This document shows positions 1-9,041 of a stretch of DNA of 64,000 nt, one piece after another. Each line of letters opens with the position of its first letter. The first letter of the stretch is position 1. A program made the translations under genes and the position numbers. Below the pieces are notes generated by a model, which was not told where the DNA came from, did no database searches, and saw only the letters and a list, made by a program, of their open reading frames with translations. Origin of the DNA: Bacteroidia bacterium (GTDB lineage: Bacteria > Bacteroidota > Bacteroidia > M30B66); NCBI GenBank assembly GCA_965279035.1, contig OZ257142.1, forward strand, positions 1,120,001 through 1,184,000. The letters are read 5' to 3'.

Positions 1-2
1 AT

Positions 3-3000
3 TATGACCAAGGTGGTGGAAGTATGGTTTTCCATGGAAAGGCTCATTTTAAAACTAGTTCGGATGGGTATTTCCTTTTAAATTACGATGCTTCTAGCAA
101 TCAATTTTGGGATGATTTAATCATCGAATGTACTGGCGATGGAAAAGTAATGACTGCTGGTGATGGTAGTTCTGATATTTACAAAAACCTTGAATTCAGA
201 GGCAGTACATCTCCCGATTTAAATCAAGGGAGCGCTATGCGTTTTGTTGGAGAGGATGACCAACACATTGAATCCAATGGCTCCTTTAATGATTTTTCAA
301 TGGCTACTTTACACGTTGAAAAGCCCAATGGGAAACTAATTATCGATGTTCCACTTCATATACAAACAGAGCTTAATCTAACAAATGGTATTATTCAATT
401 AAGTGATACCAATTCACTCTTTCTAGAATATTCAGCCATCGCATCTCAAGGCAGTGATTCTTCCTATGTAGAAGGAGCTATCAGTAAAATGGGAATCACC
501 GAATTTACATTTCCTACTGGTGGTGGTGGGCAGTATGCACCAATAAGTATCGATTCAGTTTCAAACAGCACAACTTTTAAAGCTTCCTACATAGGAACTG
601 ACCCTAACAGTATCTATTCAAGATCAAGCAAGGATTCAACATTAGGTTTTGTAAATCGTTGTGGTTATTGGAAACTCGAGCGTACAATAGGAACAGGAAC
701 AAGCAAAGCCAAATTGGGTTGGAGTAATAATTCCTGTTATAATTCTAATCCAGTTGATGGTAAAGTTGCATTATGGGATGGTAGTCAGTGGAAAGACAAA
801 GGCAATGGCGCATATTCAGGTAATAGCACATCTGGAAATGTTCAATCAAGCAATAGCCTTACAAGCTTTCCTGCGATTTTGAATGTAACAGGAGTGTGTG
901 GATTAACGGCAGGTTTAAGTGCCAACAGAGACACGCTCTATTCAGGATATCTTGCGACTTTCACTGCAACACCTGCTAATCAAAGCAATTATAAGTTCTA
1001 TGTCAATAATGTCTTAAAACAAGACAGCTCTATTGCACAATTTAAAACACATTCAATGGTCAATGGAGATAGTGTGAAAGTAAAAGTGAGGAATGTGGAT
1101 GTATGCGAGGATGAATTTATCTATCATCCTTTTATTTCTACAAATGATTCTTCTGAAATAGGCGGAATATTTAATATGATTGATGATTCAGTAGAAGTAT
1201 TTTCAATGAATCAAATTTCTATTACAAACTCTGATTCTGTTTATAATTTTGCTTCATCCCTTTATCCTGATGATAATTATTCTTCATTAATTCAAATAGG
1301 AGAATTAGACAGCGGTTCAACTGCACTTACTTCGCAACAAATTATAATTCAAACTATTCTCAATTCGGTTGAACTACTTAATGGGATTCCCCAAATCTCA
1401 AATGAAGACACTGTTGAATTACAATCAGGTTTGAACTATTTAGTTTCCGAGTCAAATCGTATTTCAAATCTGAAATTAAATGATACTACTGGATTCAATT
1501 TCATCATTTATTCTGATAAATCCATCCATATTGATTCAATCTTTAATATTCAATCGAGTAATCCCTATAAATTAATGATTGTAGGAGCTGACTCTGTTAT
1601 AGTAGAAGGAAGTATTCGAGATGAAATAAGTATAGTAGCTCATAATATTGTACTAAAAAACCAAACTCGATCCTCTAGAATTGAATCGAAATTATTTGCT
1701 AATTCCAATATAATTTTATCCAATATCAATCCACTAGTTATTGAACCCCCAATAGCGAAAATTATTCACGGAAATACCTGCCCTGATTATGGGGATTTCT
1801 GTCAAAAAATCAAAAATGGGGAACGCTTCGATGTATTACCTAGTCCAACTGGTTTTTATAATCCAAGTACATTAATGGATAATAATCGAGTATGTTATTG
1901 GGAATCATTTTCAATTGATCCAGGATTAATTGGACCTATTTTCAATAATTCAAATAATTCGGTAGCTATGTGGTGCAATAATAAAGGTCAAGGTGAAGCC
2001 ATGAATACTACTGGATATAATCTTGAAGTAAATGTAAATGAAGATGTTAGAATTTCGTTCGATTACAGATTACTGACAAATATTCCTCATTCAACAAACA
2101 ATCTTGATAGATTGTTTGTCATTTTATCTTCTAATAATAACCCTATTTCAATTGCAGGTCAATTTAATTATTATGGAATAGATTATAACACATTACCTTT
2201 TGAAAGCAATGCATATACAACAACAATAGATGTTGCAAATAATTTAACTTATGTAACAAATGGAACTGATGATTATGTAATAATTGAGTTGAGTGATTTA
2301 GATATCATTAGTACCCAAAATGAATTAACAAATATTTCAAACTTCACTATGCATCATTTTAATCGAGTATTTAGAATACCTCTTAGTGCAGGTTTTTCAA
2401 ATTCTCAATTTACATCGTTGATAATTGCGCCAAGGATGAGATATTTACCTTTCAATAATGCGGGAGATGCAGATGATGCCGCATACCTAAATATAGATAA
2501 CATCGAAGTTTTTACTTGTTGTGCTTCGCAATTGTCTGTTGAATCAACAATTACAACTGTTTCCGATTTTAGTGATAATCAAATTGCATTAAATAATAAT
2601 ACATATTTCAATGGAAGTACAATTAATACTGGATATGTAGATCAAACTAATCCAGGTCCACATTTATTGATTAATCAGGATATAATTGTTGATCAAAATT
2701 TAAGCATTACTGATGCAAATATTATCTTAAGTGATCAATCTTCAATAACTGTAAAAAATGGAGCAACATTAAATATATCAAATTCTTGGTTACATGGTTG
2801 TAAATTACTATGGGAGAGTATTAAAGTAGAAGATGGTGCAAGACTAATAGTTCAAAGGCAATCACTAATTGAAGATGCAGAATGTGCCGCAATGACTTTT
2901 GATAACGTAAACATACCATCACAAGGTTCATTATATATTTACGATTCAAAGTTCAACAAAAACTACAAGCATATATTAATTAGGGGTAACTCAAATCTTT

Positions 3001-5438
3001 CAAATAATACAAATTATCCATTTGAATTGCATAATTCCACATTATCTTGTTCAGGAAATCTTTTACCAATTAATGTTAATGACTTTGATAATAATTTTCA
3101 AATAAATTACCCTAGAACACGTTATGGAATAGAAGTAAATAATATAGCGAATAGAAGAGTATTGATAGGTGATTATATTACAAGTTCAAATATGAATTAC
3201 ATACAAGATGCTTATGTAGGTATAAGAGTTAGTAATTCTAATGTATTTATTACAAATAATAAATTTTCTAATACACATTGTTCATATGCTCCTGGGTTAG
3301 GATGTGCTGCGAATGGTTCATTTAATGATGTGACTTCCGCAATTCAAATATTGAATAGTTTTGATTTATTTCATCCTAATTGTGTAATTGGAGTAAACTC
3401 AAACTCAGGACAAGGAATCTTAAATACTTTTTATGATCATGATAATGGCATTGTAGGTGTAGGTCATTTTTTATTTTTGGGTATTGCAAAAAATTATTTT
3501 GAAGGTATTTATAGGTCTGGTTTTATTGGATTTCATCATAATTCAAGTAGGGTAATTATTTCAGAAAATGAGTTTAAAAAAGTATTCCGCTTAGGAATTG
3601 GATTTCGTGAAAATTATGGTTCCTCAATTTTTATCAGAAATAATATAGTTGACAATACAAATCTTTCAGTAGATCCATTTCCAGCATTTGGAATAACTGC
3701 TGATAATGGCAATACTACAAATTTATCAAGTTGGCTAATTGAAAGTAATGAAATTAAGAACTTTCGTTTTGGAATTCAATTAACAAACATTGGTGCATAT
3801 CCAGGAATACAGGGGAATCCAGCATTAGGTTTTCAAGGAACCTGGTTAAACATAATTCAGAGTAACCGAATTAGTTTAAGAAATGGACCACTTACAAATT
3901 CTGAATCAAGGGGGATTACTTTGAATAATGTTATTCGATCATTAATTTTTGATAATACAGTATTCTATTTAGGCTCACAAAATGGACTTTCTTTTCAAAC
4001 AACAGGTTATAATGTTTTAAATTGTCCAAGCGGTTTATGGAGTTGTAATACGGCAGAATCCACTAATATTGGATTTGACTTTAGGGCAATTAATGGAAGT
4101 AATCGCTTTCAAGGAAATAGAATGGATCATTTGATATTCGGACTAAGGCTTTTTAACTCTACTTCAGGAATTGGACCTCAAGAAAATACAGGTGGGGTTT
4201 CTAGGCCTGTTTTAAATTCGTGGGTGCCTTTTTCAGGAACATCAACATTTAGTAGCCATCTGTATTCCTTCCAATCAAATGGCAGTTCATCTCCTTTTAG
4301 ATTATATCCGGGAAATGCTTGTCCAACTCTAATTGCCTCGCCTTATAATCCATCTAATTTCATCTCTAATATTGACGTTCCTCCTTCAATATCAATTCCA
4401 TTTATTACTAATTGCCCTGTTGCAGATCCCATTACAACTGGAGGAATTGAATTAAAATGTTGGACCCATAATAATTTCTCGACCCCAGGAATAACAGTAG
4501 ATATTGTGGAATCGATAGAACCTACTATTAAATACAGGAATAAAATAAATTTACTAATTAGTCCAGATACATCTAATCCTTATGCATCAGTTGAGAAAAG
4601 AATGATCGCTAGAGAATTATTTACCGAATTGCTTTTCGATTCAATCACAACGTTAAGTGATACCTTAGTTTCGTTTATTGATTCTATGTCGATAGTTCCT
4701 GATGGAATTTTTGAATTGCTTAAAACAAGCTTATTAGACACTATAAATATAGATAGCTTGTCTTCAGATTCTTTGATTTTAGAAAAAATGATAAACAAAT
4801 CAAATAAGCTGAACAATGCTTTAATAGTAAACAACGCGATTAGCAGCTCAGACCCACTCATATATCGTGAAAAATACTTGAATTCCATTATTTGGGGATT
4901 AGACTTGCAACAAACTAATATTAGAATCGATTTAATAAATGAAATGGATTCAACAATTAATATGGATAGTTTAATTCAATTTTACCAATCAGATCCTAGA
5001 AAAAACCCTAAATTTTCTTCAATTCAAAAAGATAGTATTTTAACTATGGCTAATGATTGTCCATTTGAATGGGGGAATGTGGTTATTCGTGCTAGAGGGG
5101 CTGCATCTAGTTTTGATACATCGATTTTTTATATAAATCCATGTGAAATATATTTTGAAGAATCGGCACGCTTAGCTGCACCTCAAAAGAATAAAATAGA
5201 AGCACAAATAAGTGTTTATCCTAATCCATTTAAAGAACAAGTAACCGTTCAGTTACCTCATGAAATGAATGCTCAAATAAGCATTTATGATATAACAGGT
5301 CGTTTATTTCAATCGATTACGATAAATAAACAACAACAAATCAGTATACCAACAACTAATTTAAAACAAGGTGTTTATTTTATTGAAGTGCTTCAAGATT
5401 CGAATCAAATTTATAGACAAAAAATGGTGAAATCATGA
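3..5438 (+). CDS. Large T9SS-secreted protein (parallel beta-helix region, type A C-terminal sorting domain); 5' end lies outside the window
   Basis: Frame is open from base 3, upstream of the ORF-track ATG at 24. Asn/Ile/Gly-rich beta-helix-like repeats (IENNxI...GI). C-terminus VYPNPF...IYDITGR...GVYFIEV...KMVK is a T9SS CTD. Confidence 0.85.
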   Translation, partial: YDQGGGSMVFHGKAHFKTSSDGYFLLNYDASSNQFWDDLIIECTGDGKVMTAGDGSSDIYKNLEFRGSTSPDLNQGSAMRFVGEDDQHIESNGSFNDFSMATLHVEKPNGKLIIDVPLHIQTELNLTNGIIQLSDTNSLFLEYSAIASQGSDSSYVEGAISKMGITEFTFPTGGGGQYAPISIDSVSNSTTFKASYIGTDPNSIYSRSSKDSTLGFVNRCGYWKLERTIGTGTSKAKLGWSNNSCYNSNPVDGKVALWDGSQWKDKGNGAYSGNSTSGNVQSSNSLTSFPAILNVTGVCGLTAGLSANRDTLYSGYLATFTATPANQSNYKFYVNNVLKQDSSIAQFKTHSMVNGDSVKVKVRNVDVCEDEFIYHPFISTNDSSEIGGIFNMIDDSVEVFSMNQISITNSDSVYNFASSLYPDDNYSSLIQIGELDSGSTALTSQQIIIQTILNSVELLNGIPQISNEDTVELQSGLNYLVSESNRISNLKLNDTTGFNFIIYSDKSIHIDSIFNIQSSNPYKLMIVGADSVIVEGSIRDEISIVAHNIVLKNQTRSSRIESKLFANSNIILSNINPLVIEPPIAKIIHGNTCPDYGDFCQKIKNGERFDVLPSPTGFYNPSTLMDNNRVCYWESFSIDPGLIGPIFNNSNNSVAMWCNNKGQGEAMNTTGYNLEVNVNEDVRISFDYRLLTNIPHSTNNLDRLFVILSSNNNPISIAGQFNYYGIDYNTLPFESNAYTTTIDVANNLTYVTNGTDDYVIIELSDLDIISTQNELTNISNFTMHHFNRVFRIPLSAGFSNSQFTSLIIAPRMRYLPFNNAGDADDAAYLNIDNIEVFTCCASQLSVESTITTVSDFSDNQIALNNNTYFNGSTINTGYVDQTNPGPHLLINQDIIVDQNLSITDANIILSDQSSITVKNGATLNISNSWLHGCKLLWESIKVEDGARLIVQRQSLIEDAECAAMTFDNVNIPSQGSLYIYDSKFNKNYKHILIRGNSNLSNNTNYPFELHNSTLSCSGNLLPINVNDFDNNFQINYPRTRYGIEVNNIANRRVLIGDYITSSNMNYIQDAYVGIRVSNSNVFITNNKFSNTHCSYAPGLGCAANGSFNDVTSAIQILNSFDLFHPNCVIGVNSNSGQGILNTFYDHDNGIVGVGHFLFLGIAKNYFEGIYRSGFIGFHHNSSRVIISENEFKKVFRLGIGFRENYGSSIFIRNNIVDNTNLSVDPFPAFGITADNGNTTNLSSWLIESNEIKNFRFGIQLTNIGAYPGIQGNPALGFQGTWLNIIQSNRISLRNGPLTNSESRGITLNNVIRSLIFDNTVFYLGSQNGLSFQTTGYNVLNCPSGLWSCNTAESTNIGFDFRAINGSNRFQGNRMDHLIFGLRLFNSTSGIGPQENTGGVSRPVLNSWVPFSGTSTFSSHLYSFQSNGSSSPFRLYPGNACPTLIASPYNPSNFISNIDVPPSISIPFITNCPVADPITTGGIELKCWTHNNFSTPGITVDIVESIEPTIKYRNKINLLISPDTSNPYASVEKRMIARELFTELLFDSITTLSDTLVSFIDSMSIVPDGIFELLKTSLLDTINIDSLSSDSLILEKMINKSNKLNNALIVNNAISSSDPLIYREKYLNSIIWGLDLQQTNIRIDLINEMDSTINMDSLIQFYQSDPRKNPKFSSIQKDSILTMANDCPFEWGNVVIRARGAASSFDTSIFYINPCEIYFEESARLAAPQKNKIEAQISVYPNPFKEQVTVQLPHEMNAQISIYDITGRLFQSITINKQQQISIPTTNLKQGVYFIEVLQDSNQIYRQKMVKS

Positions 5439-6466
5439 GAAATAAAGTCTTTTTCTGGCTAATATTATTGTATAATCCATGTATTTCACAACAAAATCTT
5501 GTGCCAAATGGTTCTTTTGAAATTTTAACAAGTTGCCCTAACGATGATTCATTATCAACATCTCAAATTGAACTTGCTCAACCTTGGTGGAATGCTTGTA
5601 AATTAAATAATCCCAATACACCAGATGTTTTTAATCCTTGTAATTCAGGAATTTATAAAGTTCCAAATAACTTTAAAGGATTTGAAGAAGCATATTCTGG
5701 TGATGGTTATGCTGGGTTTGGAGCTTGGTCGGGCTTAAATGGTTGGACAGAACATTTTGAAGTGAAATTAACTAATACAATTAAAGCAAATGCTCAATAT
5801 AGATTTTGCTTTCACTTGAGTTTAGCAGATTATGCTGGCGCTTATGGTTTAAGAAAATTAAGATTTTCGCTTACCTTGGATTCATTAATTGGAATTGATT
5901 CAGCATTCTTTAATCCCTTGATTAATCCATTCCCTAGTATAAATGTTCTTGATTTATATGAAACATCTAGTACAACCGAAGTTAGTTATGATAATTGGGT
6001 TGAAGTTTGTACTGATTTCACATTAAATCAAAATGCGAATTACCTAACAATTGGCACCTTTATTCAGACTAGTTTAAATACCGATACTTTTTTAATAAAT
6101 AATGAAGAACCTTGGGCTTTAAGTAATTATTACTTTATAGACGATGTATCCTTAATTTGCATAACCCCCTCGGGTTGTGATGGTGTGGGAGTTGAAGAAG
6201 TAGAGCAACAATTGATACTTCAAATTTCCCCAAATCCATCAAACAATTTAATCACACTAAAAAGTCCTTTAATAAAATCTGGTGCGAATTTATTTTTAAG
6301 AGATCTTTCAGGTAGATTAATTCGCCAATTAAAAATTCAGGAGTTAAATCAATATGAATTAAGTACTCATGATTTAGCTGATGGGATTTACCTTGTTCAA
6401 ATTATTGGAGAAGATGGTAGGCAGGTTAGGGATAGGTTTGTGGTGCAGCATGATGGTATTAAGTAG
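5435..6466 (+). CDS. T9SS type A sorting domain protein with a CBM-like beta-sandwich
   Basis: Signal peptide, then QNLVPNGSFE...TPD...GYAG...YYFIDDVSL; CTD ISPNPS...DLSGR...GIYLVQI. ATGA overlap with the upstream stop. Confidence 0.85.
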   Translation: MRNKVFFWLILLYNPCISQQNLVPNGSFEILTSCPNDDSLSTSQIELAQPWWNACKLNNPNTPDVFNPCNSGIYKVPNNFKGFEEAYSGDGYAGFGAWSGLNGWTEHFEVKLTNTIKANAQYRFCFHLSLADYAGAYGLRKLRFSLTLDSLIGIDSAFFNPLINPFPSINVLDLYETSSTTEVSYDNWVEVCTDFTLNQNANYLTIGTFIQTSLNTDTFLINNEEPWALSNYYFIDDVSLICITPSGCDGVGVEEVEQQLILQISPNPSNNLITLKSPLIKSGANLFLRDLSGRLIRQLKIQELNQYELSTHDLADGIYLVQIIGEDGRQVRDRFVVQHDGIK

Positions 6467-6485
6467 TTAGTATTAAGTATTATGA
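6458..6485. repeat. Degenerate heptamer tandem repeat; left arm of an inverted pair with 7956-7983
   Basis: attaagt agttagt attaagt attatga. Its reverse complement matches 7956-7983 at 22/28 positions. Confidence 0.6.
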
Positions 6486-6596
6486 TTTTAAATGTCCTTG
6501 CCTAAAATAGGTTGACTTTTTATTATCACTTTCTACTTTGTTAAAGTAGTTTATTGTTTGTTGTTTTAAGTTTCTTTTTTGGTTCTTTTTTCTTTG

Positions 6597-7463
6597 TTAA
6601 GAAGTTGTATTTCTGTTGATATTTCCTGAATTCCAGTTATATATGGTCATAGAAGGATTTTGATTTCTTTGGTTATTCACTTTTTCATATTCAGTAGGTG
6701 TTAGCATGCCTAATTCACTGTGTGGTCGTTCATTATTGTAAAGATCCATTGCCTTTTTTGCCATCTCATTGAGATTGCTTTTGGTTAGATTCCATTGAAG
6801 TAAGTACTCGTTTTTTATGATGCCATTTATTCGTTCAACATAAGCATTTTCTTGTGCTATTGACGCCATACTGATTCGTATTCCTTTGCTTTTTAGCATC
6901 TCTTTATGCATCGTGCTGATGTATTGTGAACCTCGATCAGAATGAAAAATGCAATTATCTAAATCGTGCCCTTTCCTTATTTTAAAGGCTTTTCTAAGTG
7001 CTTTGATATTTTCCTCCGCTCTTAAGCTTGGAGACAGATGTAGAGCTAATAAGCGCCTTGAATAGACATCTTCAATACAGATTCCATAATGATGTGCATG
7101 CTCTACATCGAGATAAAATATGTCAGATTGCCAAAGCATATTCACATCATTAATCGTTATTCCATTTATCAGATTGTCATATATCTCAACGCGTTGAGAC
7201 CAAGTCGTTCGTATTGGATTTCTCTTCTTCTTAACCTTATATCCGTACCTAAAACCAATCCGCTCAAAAGCATCCCTACCTATTGGATGGCGTTGTGGAT
7301 CCATAAAATAGATCTTTCTACAACCCATTTGGCGATGATTATGACGCACTTTTGATATGTAACGAACGATACTTTCTTCCACCTTTAATTGGTCGCGACT
7401 TCGTCTTTCACTCTTCCAAAGTGCTTGCTTACTAAGGCCTGCCACTTCTAACAGACTCTTCAT
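6597..7463 (-). CDS. IS3-family transposase OrfB (DDE integrase core)
   Basis: WQSDIFY, FHSDRGSQY, ENAYVERINGIIKNE and YNNERPHSELGMLTP motifs. Confidence 0.93.
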   Translation of the reverse strand: MKSLLEVAGLSKQALWKSERRSRDQLKVEESIVRYISKVRHNHRQMGCRKIYFMDPQRHPIGRDAFERIGFRYGYKVKKKRNPIRTTWSQRVEIYDNLINGITINDVNMLWQSDIFYLDVEHAHHYGICIEDVYSRRLLALHLSPSLRAEENIKALRKAFKIRKGHDLDNCIFHSDRGSQYISTMHKEMLKSKGIRISMASIAQENAYVERINGIIKNEYLLQWNLTKSNLNEMAKKAMDLYNNERPHSELGMLTPTEYEKVNNQRNQNPSMTIYNWNSGNINRNTTS

Positions 7464-7882
7464 TTTGTACCCGTGCTTTTGTCCTTTTGTGGATCGGAAC
7501 CAGAGTAAGGCTGGTTTAATAAATTTTTTTTTAAATCAGTTTGGAACTCCTCATTTGCTAACTCAATGACCTTGCTCAATAAATCAAGTTCCATCTGTTT
7601 TCGGCCCAATGCGGCTTCCAATTCACGGATGCGCTGCTCAAGCTCTTTGCTTTTGTATGATTCGCTTTGCACTTCCACTACTAAGATTTTTCCTCTCTTC
7701 AAATATCGACTATATTGATAAATCCATCGATAAACTGAAGTTATTGTTACTCCTAGTTCCTGGGCTACTTTAGATACTGAAGCCACTCCGGATTCAATAT
7801 CCTTAACTGTTTGACGCTTTAATTCTTCACTAAAAACTCTTCGTGGCCGAATTACTTCTTTGCGATTTAAATGCTTTTTCAT
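7460..7882 (-). CDS. IS3-family transposase OrfA (HTH plus leucine zipper)
   Basis: RRVFSEELKRQTV...VAQELGV...VYRW HTH followed by a coiled coil; ends with an LKKN slippery site. Confidence 0.9.
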   Translation of the reverse strand: MKKHLNRKEVIRPRRVFSEELKRQTVKDIESGVASVSKVAQELGVTITSVYRWIYQYSRYLKRGKILVVEVQSESYKSKELEQRIRELEAALGRKQMELDLLSKVIELANEEFQTDLKKNLLNQPYSGSDPQKDKSTGTK

Positions 7883-7955
7883 GTCCCGTTTTTTAAGTTG
7901 ATTTTGGTCAACCTATTTCAGTCACGGACAAAAGATAATGTTCAGATTTAGCACA

Positions 7956-7983
7956 TCGTAATACTTCGTACTTGTTACTTAAT
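7956..7983. repeat. Degenerate heptamer tandem repeat; right arm of the inverted pair with 6458-6485
   Basis: tcgtaat acttcgt acttgtt acttaat. Confidence 0.6.
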
Positions 7984-8112
7984 TCGATTTACGATCGTCC
8001 CATAGGGACTGTTCGATATACGATGTACGAGAAAAGCTGCTGTGCTAAAGAATTCTACTACGAGAGCTAAATTTATAAACGAATGCTTGTCCTACATAAG
8101 ATTTCGTAATTC
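7977..8112 (+). repeat. Modular direct repeat, copy 1 (left of the XRE gene)
   Basis: Four blocks recur in the same order at 8839-9008: acttaattcgatttacgatcg, ttcgatatacgat, gtacgagaaaagctgc, aacgaatgcttgtcc...cgtaattc. Confidence 0.7.
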
Positions 8113-8128
8113 TCTTACCTCCAACTCT

Positions 8129-8288
8129 TGTTTCACTCAAAACGGTTTCAATTATTTTGAAACAGCTGCAATTGAAACAAAAAATGTTTCACTTAAATTG
8201 TTTCATGAAATTTGAAACATTAGGAGTTGAAACAACTAAAATGATTGCTACATTGTTTCAATATTCTCGACGTCATGAAATTGAAACA
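8129..8288. promoter_or_regulatory. Ordered array of TGTTTCA/TGAAACA motifs; putative operator array
   Basis: TGTTTCA at 8129, 8144 (GGTTTCA), 8185, 8199 and 8254. TGAAACA at 8158, 8173, 8213, 8228 and 8282. Confidence 0.65.
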
Positions 8289-8844
8289 AGAAAACATCGA
8301 AGCTTTTATGGAATTAGAGGCTCGCAAAGCTCTTGGAATTTCTCAAGATTTATTGGCAAGTATGTTAAATGTAAATCGCGCACAAATTTCCATGATGGAA
8401 TCGCGACAAGAACGTTCATTACCATCAAAAGCCAATGTCCTTCTATTACCTATAAGAGAAAACGTAATGAAATGTTTGCTCCAGATGCAAGCAGCAAAAG
8501 AGAAAACCATTCAACTTGAATTAGATTTCCAAGAAGCATTGAAAAAGCAATTAAGTAAAGCAGAAAATGATTTAAATAATATCAACTTCAAATTACCCCA
8601 TTTAGAAGAAAAAATGGATTTTTATGCAACACAATATCAGCTCATCAAAACCTATATAGCCAATATGGATGTGAAGAAAGATCCAATCCTTTTTTCAGCA
8701 CTAGGAGATTCTCTAACTGAAGCGAAAGAACAAGTAGAAAAATTAAGCTATCAATTAAATGTTAAATTAAAATTCAAAAAAAACCAATTAGAATTAGGCA
8801 TTGCATGGATGAAAGAACAGTTAAATCAACTAGCTAAAACTTAA
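8275..8844 (+). CDS. XRE-family helix-turn-helix protein with a long C-terminal coiled coil
   Basis: ARKALGISQDLLASMLNVNRAQISMMES fits the Cro/C1 HTH pattern; heptad-rich tail. ATG 8275 preferred over TTG 8245. Confidence 0.75.
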   Translation: MKLKQENIEAFMELEARKALGISQDLLASMLNVNRAQISMMESRQERSLPSKANVLLLPIRENVMKCLLQMQAAKEKTIQLELDFQEALKKQLSKAENDLNNINFKLPHLEEKMDFYATQYQLIKTYIANMDVKKDPILFSALGDSLTEAKEQVEKLSYQLNVKLKFKKNQLELGIAWMKEQLNQLAKT

Positions 8845-9008
8845 TTCGATATACGACCGCTTCATTATTCGATATACGATTTACGATCGCTTCGCTGTAC
8901 GTGAAAAACTGCAAACTCACCAAATAAAATGGATTCTCTCCCCTCTCCCGAGGAGAGGGGCAGGGGGTGAGGTCAACGAATGCCTGTCCAACTAAATTTC
9001 CGTAATTC
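8839..9008 (+). repeat. Modular direct repeat, copy 2 (right of the XRE gene)
   Basis: acttaattcgatatacgaccg (19/21 with copy 1), ttcgatatacgat, gtacgtgaaaaactgc, aacgaatgcctgtcc...cgtaattc. Confidence 0.7.
8936..8972. repeat. GC-rich REP-like palindromic element
   Basis: Hairpin cccctctcc-cga-ggagagggg (8940-8960) followed by cagggggtgagg; a repeat type that reads LTPxPSPxERG on the minus strand. Confidence 0.7.
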
Positions 9009-9041
9009 GTAATTATCAATTCGTAATTATCAATTCGTAAT
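9001..9041. repeat. 7/14-bp periodic tandem repeat (cgtaatt / cgtaattatcaatt); IS4 target
   Basis: cgtaatt cgtaattatcaatt cgtaattatcaatt cgtaat. Confidence 0.85.

Larger units (their letters stand above)
6493..7930 (-). mobile_element. IS3-family insertion sequence, 1438 bp, apparently intact
   Basis: TG...CA ends. Terminal IRs tgtccttgcctaaaataggttgac / gtcaacctatttcagtcacggaca match at 21/24. Flanked by AAA on both sides (possible 3-bp TSD). orfA plus orfB layout. Confidence 0.93.

Noticed and set aside
8157-8519. 120-aa ORF overlapping the XRE gene
   Set aside because: Alternative frame across the motif array with no recognisable domain; the XRE frame explains the region.
7977-9008. Direct repeats as DGR template/variable repeats or integron attC sites
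   Set aside because: No reverse transcriptase or integrase in the window, differences are not adenine-specific, and no attC-type RYYYAAC...GTTRRRY palindrome was seen.
8834-9019. 61-aa minus-strand ORF as the lost WD40 tail
   Set aside because: The reconstructed pre-insertion WD40 frame stops at TGA immediately after the TSD; this ORF is translated repeat sequence.
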